A stretch of DNA of 64,000 nt from the NCBI RefSeq assembly GCF_004010195.1, contig NC_057720.1, positions 16,562,095 through 16,626,094 of the forward strand. The letters run 5' to 3'. Every line of letters starts with the position of its first letter. Positions within the stretch are counted from its first letter, which is position 1. This document shows positions 11,045-23,281 of the stretch, piece after piece. The DNA is from Chiloscyllium plagiosum. Its lineage: Eukaryota. The position numbers were made by a program, and so were the translations under genes. A model generated the notes under the pieces. That model made no database searches. It had not been told where the DNA came from and saw nothing but the letters and a program-made list of their open reading frames with translations.

Positions 11045-14000
11045 GTCACTTAAATGTTTCTAATGTCTGACTCTACGACCACTGCTGGCAGTGCATCCCA
11101 TGCACCTACCACTCTGAGTAAAGAACCCACCTCTGACACCTCCCTTAAACCTTCATCCAATCACCTTAAAATTAAGCCTTTTGTGATAGCCATTTCTGCC
11201 ATGGAAAAAAGTCTGACTATTCACTCCATCTATACCTCTCAACGTTTGCACCCCTCAAGTCGTCTCTCCCCCTTCTTTGCTCCATGAGTAAAGCCTTAGC
11301 TCCCTCGGCCTTTCTTCATCAGACCTGCCCTCCAGTCCAGGCAGCATCCTGGTAAATCTCCTTTGCATCCTTTCTCGAGCTTCCACATCCTTTCCATAAT
11401 GAGGCGACCAGAACTGAACACAATATTTTAAGTGTGTTCTAACCAGGGTTTTATAGAGTTGCAGCATAATCTCGCAGCTCTTAAACCCAATCCCCCTGCG
11501 AAAGGAAAGCCAACATACCATGTCTTCTTGACCATCCTATCAACTTGGGAGGCAACTCTGAGGCATCAATGGACATGGACCCCAAGATCCCTCTGTTCCT
11601 CCACACCACCAAGAATCCTGCCTTTAACCCTGTACTCTGCATTCAAATTCGACCTTCCAAAATGAATTACTTCACACTTTTCCAGATTGATTGCCATCTG
11701 CCACTTCTCAGCCTAGCTCTGCAGCCTGTCAATGTCTGGTTGCAACCTACAACAGGCCTCCATACTATCCACCAGTCCACCAACCTGCATGTTATCTGTA
11801 AACTTCCTTCCGCACTTCCACTTCCTCATCCAAGTCACTTATAAAAATCACTAAAGATTAGTGGTCCCAGAACTGATCTCTGCAGAACACCACTGGAAAC
11901 TGAGCTCCAAGCTGAATACTTTCCATCTACTACCATCCTCTATGGGCCTGCCAAATCTGTATCCAGACAGCCAAATTACTCTGTATCCTATGCCTCCCTA
12001 CTCTGAATGATCCTACCATGGGTAACCTTATCAAAAGCCTTGCTAAAACCCACATCTGCTGCTCTACCTTCAACAATGTGTTTTGTCACATTCTCAAAGA
12101 ATTCAATAAAAGTCTGAGAGGCATGGCCTGCACCTCACTAAGCCATGTTGACCAAAGGTGCAGGATATTTTTCCCTCATTTCCTGTAGTAACCTTGGGTA
12201 TATCCCAGCCAGCCCAGGGAACTTATCTATCCTTATGTTTTTCAAGCTTTTCAGCACATCCTCCCTAACATCAACCTCTTCGAGCACGTCAGCCTGTTTC
12301 ATGCTTCCCTCACAAAAGTCCTTCTCAGTGAATACTGAAGCAAAATATTCATTAAGAACCTCCTCCGACTCCAGGCACATGTTCCCTCCACTATCCCTGA
12401 TCAACCCAATCTCACTCTGGCCATCCTCTTATTCTTCACATAAAATGTAGTACCTCTTAGGTTTTACTCAATCCTACCGCTAAAGATTTTTCATGCCCCC
12501 TTCTAGCTCTCTGAAGTCCATTCTTCAATTCATTTTTGGCTAGCTTGGAATCCTCTTGAGCCCTGTCTAATTCTTGCCCCCTCAACCTTAAGTAAGCTTC
12601 GTTCTTCCTCTTGACTAGATGTTCTTCATCATTTGTCACCCAAGATTCCTTCATCCAACCATCCCTTCCTTGCCTCAGTGGGACAAACCTATCCAGCGCC
12701 CCCTAAACAATCACATTTCTGTCTGGGAAATGCATGAGGAACATATGTTCCCAATTTAGGTTCCCAGTTCCTGCCTAATAGCATTGTCATTCCCCCTCCC
12801 CCAATTAAATACTTTTCCATACAATCTGAACCTATCCCTCTCCATGACTATGGTAAAGGTTAGGGAGTTGTGATCACTATCACCAAAATGCTCTCCAATA
12901 TTAGGGAAGTTGAAGTCACCAATGACAACAACCCTGTTACTTTTGCACCTTTCCAAAATCTGTCTCCCAATCTGCTCCTCTGTGTCTCTGTTGCTATTGG
13001 GGTGGGTCAGTCGAAGACTCCCACTAAAATGGCTACTCCTTTCCGGTTTCTGATATCCACCCTAACTAACTGTAGAAAAACCCTCCTTGACGGCCTCCCT
13101 TTCTGCAGCTATGATACTATGCCTGATTAGCAATGCCACTTCTCCACCTCTTACCTCTTCTCTCCCCACCCCCACCATTCCTTTTGAAACATCTAAACTC
13201 CAGAACATCCAACAACCATTCTTGCCCCTGTGATATCAAAGTCTCTGTAACAGCCACAACATCATAGTTCCAAATGCTGATCCATGCTCTAAGTTCATCA
13301 TCCTTATTCCTGATATTGTGTTATAATAGACACACATCAACCCATCACACTGAATGCAACTTTGCCCTACCAACTGTCTATCCTTCCTCAGACTCTCTGC
13401 ACATTGTATATGGCTATTCACTAGCTACTCTTTCCTCAGATCCATAGCTCCGGTTCCTATCCCACTGCCAAACTAGTTTAAACCTCAAAGAGCTCGAGCA
13501 AACCTCCCACCCAGGATATTGCTGCCTCTGCAGTTCAGGTGCAGCCAGTCTTTTTTATGCAGGTCCCAATGATCCACATATCCGAGGTCCTCCCTCCTAC
13601 ACCCACATCTGCACTTGCTCTCAGTTCCTAGCTTCACTAGCACGTGGCACTGGTAGCAATCCGGAGATTACTACTCTGCTCATCCTGCCTTTTTGCTTCA
13701 AACCTAACTCCCTAAATTCACTTTTCAGGTCCTCATCTCTTTTCCTAGCTATGTCTTTGGTACCAATGTGTACCACTACTTCTGACTGCTCTCTTCCCCT
13801 TGAAGAATCATAGAACATAGAACATAGAAGAATACAGCGCAGTACAGGCCCTTCGGCCCTCGATGTTGCGCCGATCCAAGCCCACATAACCTACACTAGC
13901 CCACTATCCTCCATATGCCTATCCAATGCCCGCTTAAATACCCATAATGACGGAGAGTCCACCACTGCTTCTGGCAGGGCATTCCATGAACTCATGACTC

Positions 14001-14170
14001 GCTGATCCCTATTCGAGGGATCCCTGACCCTGGCACCCAGGAGGCAACACACCATCCGAGAGTCTTGCTCACAACCACAGAATCTCCTGTGTTCCTCTCA
14101 CCATTGATAGTGACAGGTGATTCACTCTCCTATTTTTCCCCCTCTTCCCTTCTGAGCCACAGAGCTAGGC
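11045..14170 (-). mobile_element. Decayed near-full-length CR1 LINE (ORF1 esterase, endonuclease, RT)
   Basis: ORF1 VVVHIGTKDI...VVISGLLPVPRASEARN; endonuclease VIGDFNFPNI, GDSDHNS; LNEYFASVFT; C-terminal LYKTLVR.HL.YCVQFWSP. Confidence 0.9.
13809..14002 (-). mobile_element. Young CR1 3'-end fragment nested in the ORF1 of an older CR1
   Basis: (TTCTATG)n tail and 3' UTR closely similar to 32084-32348. Confidence 0.85.
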
Positions 14171-14174
14171 TCAC

Positions 14175-15150
14175 TGCCATCTCTGCTCTTGTATTCTTAG
14201 ACCTCTTGAATTGAATGCCAACAGTACATTTGCCTTCCTAATCAGAGGGAGGTGATGGACATGTGGTATTATCACTGGATTGTTAATCAAGGTACCCACT
14301 TAATGCTCTGGCGACCTGGGTTTGCATCCCAACTTGGCAGAGTGTAGAAATTGAATTCAGTAAAAAAAAATCTGGAATAGAGAGTATAATAATGGCCATG
14401 AGTCCATTGTCGATTACCGAAAAACCCATCTGGTTCACTAATGCCTTGAGTGAAGAAAACTGCCATTCTTACTTGGTCTGGCCTACATGTAACTCCAGAC
14501 CCACAGAAATACAGTTAGCATTTAGCCCCCCCATTGACAGGAGATTAAGGATGGGCAATAAATGCTGACCTAGTCATAGATATCCATATCCTGTGAATTA
14601 ACATTTTAAAAATTGTCAACAGAACCTGCATGTTAATCTTAAGAGAATTATGAACCAGGACTCCCAAGTCCCTCTTTGCTTCAGATTTCCAAAGCCTATC
14701 CCCATTTAGGAAATACTCCCCACCTCTATTTGTCCTCCAAGTGTGCATAACCTCACTTTTCCACACTGTACACCACCTGCGACTTCTTTGCCCACTCTCT
14801 TGTCCAAGCCTTTTGGCAGCCTTCTTGCTTCCTTAATACTTGTTCCTTCACCTGTCTTTGTGTCATCTGCAAACTTAACAACAATGCCCTCAATTCCTTT
14901 GTCCAAATCGTTTGTGTATAATGTGAATAGTTGTGGTTGCAACACTGACCTCCACGAGTCACTGACTACCATCCTGAAAAGGACACCTTTATCCCACTCT
15001 CACAACCCTCTATCCATGCCAGTATCTTGTCACTAACACCATGGGCTCTTAGCCTATTTAGCAGCCTTCTCTGCAGTGCCTTGTCAAAGAACTTCTGGAA
15101 ACCCAAATATATCACATCCACTGGTTCTCCTTTGTGTAACCTGCTCAGTA
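14175..15150 (-). mobile_element. CR1 RT fragment, interrupted by a SINE
   Basis: GEPVDVIYL.FQK.FDK, KFADDTK and RDLGVLVH motifs. Confidence 0.85.
14247..14610 (+). mobile_element. tRNA-head SINE composed of the 5' and 3' ends of the 2755-6395 LINE family
   Basis: Head and body match 2755-3030 (CTGGTTC.CTAATG, TGGTCTGGCCTA.ATGT.ACTCCAGACCCA). Tail GGATGGGCAATAAATGCTG matches the LINE 3' end at ~36320-36345 (minus). Confidence 0.8.
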
Positions 15151-15180
15151 GAATTCTAATACGCATGACCTTCATCAAGA

Positions 15181-17355
15181 TGGAGAGTGAGGTCGTTGAT
15201 TCAGAGACTAGGATGCTTAATCTTACGAAAGGAAACTAAGATATGAGGTGTGAGATTGGCCTTGATAGATTGGGGAGAGTTATTTAAAAAGATGACTGTG
15301 GATAGGAATTGGCAAGCATTCAAGGAACACATGGGGGAACTGCAACAACAGTTTATTCTTGTCTGGCACAAAAGCTAAATGGGTGAGAGCGCCAATCCAT
15401 GGCTTACTAATGAAATTAGAGATAGCATCCCATCCAAAGAAGAAGCTTACAGATTGGCCAAGAAAAATAACAGCTGAGGATTGGGAGCAGTTTAGAATTC
15501 AACAAAGGACCAAGGGTTGATTAAGAAAGGAAAAATACAGTATGAAAGTAAGCACGAAATGAACATAAAAACTACAGTAAGAGTTTCTATAGATACGTCA
15601 GGAGAAAGAGACTGGTGAAGACAAATGTTGTTCCCCTACAGACAGAAATGGGGGAATGTATAATAGGGGAGAAGGAAATGGCTGAGCAATCAAATACATA
15701 ATTTGGTTCTGTCTTCACAAAAGAGAACAAATCAGATATTTGGTATGTTCAAGAATGGAAGATTTAATGACAGTGAAGAACTGAGGGAGATCAATATTAG
15801 GAGAGAAATAGTGCTGAGAAAGTTGATGGGATTGAAGGAAAACAAATCCACATGGCCTGATAACCTACATCCCACAGTACTTAAGTGGCTCTCGAAATAG
15901 CTGATGCATTGGTGGTTTTTCCCAGAATTCTATTGACTCTGCAACTGTAGATTGAAGAGTAGCTAATATCACTCCAATATTCTAAAAAAGAGGTAGAGGG
16001 CAAACAGGGAATTATAAACCAGTAAACCTAACATTAGTGTGAAAAATTCTTGAATCCACTATCAAGGACTTTATAGCAGAGCATTTAGAAAGCAGTGGCA
16101 GGATTAGACAGACAGTCAGCATGGATTTATGAAGGGGAAATCATGCTCAAATCTATTGGAATTCTATTAAGATTTAATAGATGATAAGGGAGAGCCAGTC
16201 AATGTGGTATATTTGGACTTCCTGAGAGCTTTAGACAAATTCCGATATGAGAGACTATTGTGCAAGATTAAAAGCGCATGGTATTGGGGGAAATGTTCTG
16301 AGATGGACAGAAAACTGGCTGGCAGAGAGGAAACAAGAAGTAGGAATTAATGGGTCCTATTCAAATTGGCAGGCTGTAACTAATGGGGTGCCACAGGGAT
16401 CTATGCTGGGACTCCAGCTATTTACAATATAATGAATGATTTGGATAAGGAAACAAAATGTGACATCTCAATCTTTGCAGATGATAGCAAGCTGGATGGG
16501 AGGGTGAGCTGTGACAGGGATACAGAGATCCTTCAGCATGATCTGGACAGGTTGGGTGAGTGAGCAAATCAATGGCAGATGCAGTATAATTTGGATAAAC
16601 GTGAGGTCATTCACTTTGGAAGCAAAAACAAAGCAGATTACTACCTGAATGGCTGGAAATTGGAAGAGGGGAGTGTGCAGCTGGACCTGGCTGTCCTTGT
16701 GCAGTGTCTAGTCACTGAAGGCAAGCATGCCGTGCAGTGCAGCAGGTGATAAAGACGGCAAATGGTACGTTGGTCATCATTACAAGAGGTCGAGTACAGG
16801 AGGAGGGATGTGTTGTTGCAGTTATACAGGGCCTCGCTGAGGCCACATCTGGAATATTGGTATCCTTTTGAGGAAGGATGCTCTTGCACTCGAGGGAGTA
16901 CAGTGAAGACTTACTGAATCTAGGGATGGCAGGACTGACCTATGAGAAGAGATTGACTAGGTTAGGTTTGTTATCGCTGAAGACAAAGGCAGGGGACAGA
17001 ATCTCAAAAAATACTTAAAATTCTAACAGGATCTACACAGATGCAGGGAAAATGTTCCTGATAGGGGTCACAGTCTCCAGATTTGGGGTAGACCATTTAG
17101 GATGGAGAAGAGGCATTTCTTCACCCAGAGTGGTGAGCCATGTGGAATTCATTACCACAAGAATGAGTTGATACCAAAACATTGAATGTATTCAAAAGGC
17201 AGCTAGATATACCACTTGGGGTGAATGGAATCAAAGGCTATGGAAAGACCAGAGAAATACCCTCTTGAGTTGAAGGATCAGCCATGACCATGATGAATGG
17301 TGGGGGCAGGCTCGAAGGGCCAAATAGCCTCCACCTGCTCCTATGTTTATATGAC
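15181..17355 (+). mobile_element. Decayed CR1 ORF2 to 3' end
   Basis: STWPDNLHPTVLK, QHGFMKGKSC, GVPQGSMLG and FADD-like motifs, then a CR1 3' UTR. Confidence 0.88.
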
Positions 17356-17374
17356 CTACCCTTGATATAGTTAG

Positions 17375-17550
17375 AGGAGAAAGTGAGGTCTGCAGATGCT
17401 GGAGATCAGAGATGGAAATGTGTTGCTGGAAAAGCGCAGGTCAGGCAGCATCCAGGGAACAGGAGAATCAACGTTTCGGGTTTCCTGAAGAAGGGCTAAT
17501 GCCCGAAACGTCGATTCTCCTGTTCCCTGGATGCTGCCTGACCTGCTGCG
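17375..17550. mobile_element. 176-bp fold-back PLE-derived mini-element with intact HHR
   Basis: 14-bp TSD CTTGATATAGTTAG (17361-17374, 17551-17564); 45-bp inverted arms 17436-17480 / 17502-17546. Confidence 0.92.
17483..17514 (+). ncRNA. Intact minimal type-I hammerhead ribozyme motif (family A)
   Basis: UC-CUGAAGA-A-GGGC-UAAU-GCCC-GAAA-CG-UC/GA. Confidence 0.8.
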
Positions 17551-17662
17551 CTTGATATAGTTAGGCTGACTCTGCACTATTTTAAATTGGACTTCCAAGT
17601 CTCACAAGGACATAACCAATAGAAGTAGGTCATTTAGCCCCTCAAGCCTGGTCATCTCTTTC

Positions 17663-18010
17663 TTAGAATCCCTACAGTGTGGAAACAGGCCACTTGGCCC
17701 AACAAGTCCACATTGACCCTCGGAAGAGTAACCCACCCAGACTCATTTCACTACTCCTACTACTCTACATTTACCCCTGACTAATGAACGTAACCTACAC
17801 ATCCCTGAACACTATGGGCAATTTAGCATGGCCAATTCACCTAACCTATACATTTGTGGATTGTGGGAGGAAACCAGAGCAGCCGGTGGAAACCCAAGCA
17901 GACACTGGGAGAACGTGCATACTCCACACAGACAGTTGTCAGAGGCTGGAATTGAACCTGAGTCTTTGGCACGGAGGCAGCAGTGCTAAGCACTGAGCTA
18001 CCATGCCGCC
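17663..18010 (-). mobile_element. HE1-type tRNA-derived V-SINE (older copy)
   Basis: A/B boxes on minus, central GGTTTCCTCCCACA block, tail GGCCTGTTTCCACACTGTAG; homologous to 47134-47451. Confidence 0.85.
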
Positions 18011-18889
18011 ATCCTTCTCTCAGATCAGGGCTTACCTATCTCAGCCCTCAATTCCTCTTTTGTGCCAACTCATAATAGCCCTAACCTTGCTGGTATGTCA
18101 AAAATCTACCTCCTTCCTCTTTAAAATACTTCAAAACTAGCCTCCACAACACTTTGGGCTATGGATTTCAGTACCTTGAGATAAGAAATTCCTTAACATC
18201 TCATATTTAATTCAAGTGATCCCCCTTACACTAAGTATGCCCCCTAGTTTCAGTTTTCCCAATTAATGGAAAAAATCCTCTCAACATCTACCTTGGAAAA
18301 ACCACAAAGTATCTTGCACATTTTAATAAGACCTTCATCAATATTCTAAACTCGAATAAATAAAGGCCTGAAACGTTTAGCCATTCTTGCTAAGTAAACC
18401 CCTACAGTCCAAGGATCAGTCAAGTCAATTTCTCTCATACAGCCTGCAATTCCAGTACATTCTTTCATAAGAACTTGGAACACTGTATGCAGTTGTGGTC
18501 CAAGTGCAGCATCACCAACACCTTGGAGAGTTGTAACAAAACCTCGCTATTTTTAAATTGAATCCTCCAGCATTAAAAAGGTCAAAACTCCATTGCCACC
18601 TTAATTACTTGCTGCACTTGCATACTAACTTGTGTTTCATACACAAAAGATCCGTCTGTGCTGCACTTTTTTGGAGTCTCTCTCCATTTAACTAATATAG
18701 TCTGCCCTTTGTCTCTTCCCTCCAAACTACATGATCTCACTTTGACATTAAACTTCATGTTAAGATTTTTCCCCACTCACAACTCACCTACATCTGCTTG
18801 CAGTCTTTACATCCTCATATGATCAGAAAATCTGCATAAGTTACACTCTGCCCTGTCAGAGGTCATTAGCAAATAATTGTGATCCTAGT

Positions 18890-19060
18890 AATAAAAACAA
18901 AAGATTGTAGATGCTACAAAGCTGAAACAAACAGAAAATGCTGGGGAAACTCAGCAGGTCTGGCAGGATATGCAGAGAGAGAGAAACAAAATTAATGTAT
19001 AGTCCGACATGATGTATCGAAGAGTCATAACGGACTTGAAATATCAAAACTGCTTCTCTA
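18890..19060. mobile_element. Old PLE-derived fold-back remnant
   Basis: AAATGCTGG..AAACTCAGCAGGTCTGGCAG arm and a decayed GAAGAGTC...GACTTGAAA hairpin; degenerate direct repeats AATTGTGATCCTAG/AATTGAGACCTTAG flank it. Confidence 0.5.
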
Positions 19061-20386
19061 GACAATTGAGACCTTAGGACTGATCCTTGTGACACTTTAT
19101 GACTTGTACCTTTCCAACTTAAAAAATCCAGTCTTTATTCTGTCTTGTGTGTTAATCAATCCTCAAACCATGCTAATATGGTACTCCAATATCTTGAGCT
19201 CCTTTTGACCTTTCACATGGCAGCTTACTGAATACCTTCTTGAAATCCAAATATATAATCTACCCAGCCCCCTTTATAATATCCTCAAAAATCTCAAGCA
19301 AATTTGTCAAACATGATTTCCTTTCCAGAAAAAACATTTGCTCTCTTTGATTATTAAACTTTTCTAAATGTCCAGCTATTTCTTTCATAATAATGATCTT
19401 TTTCCCCCCAAATGTTAGACGACCGGTCTATAGTTTCCTGCTTTCTATCTCCTCTTCTTGAACAGGGAAGTCACATTGGAAAACAATTAATCTGCTGGAA
19501 CTCCCATGGGATACAGTGGGTTCCAGAAAATTTTGAACAATGCCACCTCTATCTCTGCAGCCACTTCCTTTAAAACCCTCCAATACAAGCCATCAGATGC
19601 TAGGGACCTGTCTGCTTTTGACATGTTTAGGGTGAAATACATGGCCTCTCAAAATAGTGTTACAAGATCTCTACCATCCAGCTTATCTGTTATATTTGGG
19701 ATGTTCGAAGTACTTTGAACACAGATGTAAAATCTTGGCATCAAACTGTTACTTCTGTTAACATTAATTTTTCAGTTGCATCCTACCAAAGGTCCCACAC
19801 TTGCACATCAGTTAATTTTTTATATATCCATAGAATCGGTCACTATTAGTTTTCATGTTTCTTGCCTATTTGCTTTCAAAATAAATTTCCTCTCTATATT
19901 AGCTTTTTAGTCTTCCACGACAGGTTACTAAGAACATTTAGAATCCTCTGCCCTAGTGTTTGCCAATTTGTAAGCTTTGGTTTTTGATTGGATACTTTCC
20001 TCAAGTGCCCTTCAACCACCTAGTCATCAAGTCCTTTTTTGACCAGGATAAACTTTTGTAAATTGTTTAAGATGACATTTCAGAACATGTGCTCAAGCAC
20101 AGACTTACCCATTAATCTATATCCCAACCCATTTCAAACAACTTTCTTCAAACCTCTGGGAATTACTTTATTTTGGACCGAAGGGTCTGTTTCCATGCTG
20201 TACATCTCTATGACTATGACACCAGTTTGAGATAATTTTGCTATGCTGTGGTCACCATCCCTCGATGAACCTTAACTAGATGTCTTATTCATCCTCCATA
20301 TTACACATTGTTAGATCTGAAATAACTAGTTCCCAGGTTATGCAACATACTGATCTAAGAAACAATTCCTTATGCACTCAATTTTG

Positions 20387-20681
20387 TCATAGAGTCAGAG
20401 TGTCCGAGATGTACAGCACGAAAACAGACCCTTCGGTCCAACTTGTCCATGCTGACCAGATATCCCAACCCAACTTAGTTCCACCTGCCAGCACCCGGCC
20501 CATATCCCTCCAAACCCTTCTTATTCATATACCCATCCAAATGCCATTTAAATGTTGCAATTGTACCAGCCTCCACCACTTCCTCTGGCAGCTCATTACA
20601 TACATTAACACCATGTGTGAAAACATTGCCCCTTAGGTCTCTTTTGTATCTTTCCACCTCACCCTAAACCAATGCCCTCTT
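20387..20681 (-). mobile_element. CR1 3'-end fragment
   Basis: RYKRDLRGNVFT...NELPEEVVEAGTIATFK.HLD plus 3' UTR. Confidence 0.9.
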
Positions 20682-21742
20682 GTTGTCTTGCTTGTTACCC
20701 TTACGCATCCAATCTGTCTATTCAAAATGCAGACTTAAATCTGATATGATCCTTCCTGCATACCTCCCTTATATCCCAATTTATACTTTGTTCTACATTG
20801 AGGCAACTCTTTGGATGACTCCACTCCCTTCTTTTCCTTGTTCCTTATTTCCCCATTAACTGATTTCACATGATCTATTGCACTGCACTCGATCCCCTCT
20901 TTATTTACAAAGCTAACCTACCATCTTTCTCTTTTGGCTATTCTTCCAGCATATTTGAGCAGCTTTGAATATTAGTGTTCCCAGCCTTAGGCATCCTGAA
21001 ACTAGGACTCTAATACCTATCAAGACATATGCAGTTACTTATCTCTGTGCTATCAACTCAGCCACCTTGTTACAAATGCTGAATTCATTTAGATAAAGAT
21101 AGTCATCTTTGACTTTTTGTCTCTGACCAGCTTTGATGTTTTACCGTTATTTGTTCTGGTTCTAATTTAGTTGCACTATCCTGCATATATTTGCTAATTA
21201 TTCGTCACAATTTGTGTACCTCTTCATTACTCTGAGCCTCTACACTCTCAGTTCTTTGTTTTTACAAACTTTTCTTACGTTGAAACATTGCTCACGAACT
21301 AATTGGTTTAAATTCCTATATTTTTTTCAGCTACTGACAACTTCCCTGGGCTAATGAGCAAGCACGAAATGAGTCCCACGGCACAGCAAGCTCAGGCCAA
21401 GTCCTGTCGCAGCAGTGGAGCGAATGGGCGATTCCCGGAGCAGCAGTGGATCGAGTACTGGATGGAGGCCGGCACGTGGAGGCAACATGGTCTTGTGCTC
21501 TGGGGCCTTCAGTCACAGACTGGAACTTAAGTCATTATCATCATTCTGGACTTGTTCATTGTTTCATGCTAATTTTTTTTAAAAAACTCTAACAACGCTT
21601 TAGAGTAAAAACAAAGATTTGTACCTAGGTACTTGCACCTAAGATGGCAACATTAAAGGCAACCATTATAAAATCTTTTCACTGTACTCCTGTACTGGAG
21701 CACACATGACATTAAAGGCTATTCCATTGCTGGTTTCTTTAC

Positions 21743-21828
21743 GACCTGATGAAGGAGCGGCACTGTGAAAGCTAGTGCTTCCAATTAAACCTGTTGGACT
21801 ATAACTTGGTGTTGTGAGATTTTTAACT
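21743..21828 (+). mobile_element. 86-bp PLE-derived mini-element with HHR motif (family B, helix II mutated)
   Basis: 12-bp TSD with one mismatch (TGGTTTCTTTAC 21731-21742 / TGGTTTATTTAC 21829-21840); CTGATGA-A-GGAGCGGCACTGT-GAAA-GCTA; homologous to 55268-55350. Confidence 0.8.
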
Positions 21829-23065
21829 TGGTTTATTTACTATTGCCACTCCCTGACCTTTTGTCCCAAGACATCTTTGTCATTTACATCTTCCCTGTCC
21901 TCAACCCTGTTCCTGACTTTCCTACTTATCAACGGCATATATCCCAGCTCAGATCTACCGTTCTTTGCTTCCAAAACAAAAGTAACCTCAAATTCAATAT
22001 TGTTAACACAGTCTTGCAGCATCTGTGACGAGAGAAAACATGAGTTTCCAGCACTTAGTTTTTGTGTCAGGTCTCTAGCATCCACAACTTCTTGCTTTAA
22101 TTATGCAAATAAAGCTAACCAACTGGAACCAATAAACAATATTAACAGGTTCTGTTCATTCAATCATTTCTGCTATATGTTCCCAAAATAAATTACAGAT
22201 CAGTTATTAATTTATAGAAAGCCAATCTAAAAGCATCAAAAATGCCAAAGTGTAATGACAACAAACTTATAAAGAAATAGGAAAAAAGTTTGACCTCAGG
22301 ATATCACACCATTTTCCAGCCAACTAAACTGCAGGCAACCAATTCACACAGCACAAAGCTCCATAAACAGGAGCAAGATATCAGATTTGATTAACTGCCT
22401 TATTTTGTAATGCTGGTTGAAAAATACACTTAATATTTTTCAGAGAAAAAGAATGATAACTTATGAATTTTAGATTTGCAAATACCTTCGAAAATTCAGA
22501 GTCACAAATTATTTTACCCATGATGGTTACACCAGCCATTTGTATCAAATTTACCCCCAGCTCAATTTCTTTCTTCTGTTCCTACGAAGGAGCAGATACA
22601 TACATCAAGAAACAGAGTCAGTAACAATGAGGCACATCAATACCTCATTCAACCATCTACTGATAAATTGACTGCACCTTCAGTAAAACTGTGCAAGTTA
22701 TCTCTAGCAAGGGTCACTGGTAGCAACTATGAACAAGATGACTGGTTCTGGGAGATTGAATGAGCACACGTCTGGTTGGTGTGCGCCAAAGGTGGCGCAC
22801 AAGAGAAAGAAAGAGCAAAAGAGAAAAGAAGAGAGAGAAATGTTAATCTAAAACAGGTTGGAAGTCATTTCAGGAAGTTCAGTTTGGGACAGGGATAGGA
22901 ACAAGGACAGTGTAAATGTGCCAATTTGACCTTATGGCAGAAGATCAATAAATTGAGAACACCTTGAAGTGTTGTTCAGCAAGAAGGATGGCAGGGGTCT
23001 TTTGAACTTAGTTGGAGGAGTAAGGTCACACTTAAATGGGTTACATTGTCTGATAATTCCCAGGT

Positions 23066-23281
23066 CCTGGATTAGCGGTGCTGGAAGAGCACAGCAGTTC
23101 AGGCAGCATCCAAGGTGCTTCGAAATCGACGTTTTAGGCAAAAGCCTTTCATCAGGAAAGGGCTTTTGCCCGAAATGTCGATTTCGAAGCTCCTTGGATG
23201 CTGCCTGAACTGCTGTGTTCTTCCAGCACCGCTAATCCAGAATCTGGTTTCCAGCATCTGCAGTCATTGTTTTTACAACCT
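23066..23281. mobile_element. 216-bp fold-back PLE-derived mini-element (HHR core mutated)
   Basis: 15-bp TSD TGATAATTCCCAGGT (23051-23065, 23282-23296); 83-bp inverted arms 23067-23149 / 23158-23240. Confidence 0.92.

Larger units (their letters stand above)
17600..21100 (-). mobile_element. Old, heavily decayed CR1 LINE hosting several younger insertions
   Basis: Residual CR1 motifs (MQVQQVIK, SQGSVL, CR1-like 3' UTR near 17610-17650); boundaries approximate. Confidence 0.6.

Noticed and set aside
14175..17355. Back-to-back CR1 pieces suggesting a 5'-inverted (twin-primed) insertion
   Set aside because: Both pieces cover the same RT region and are diverged from each other, so they are independent insertions.
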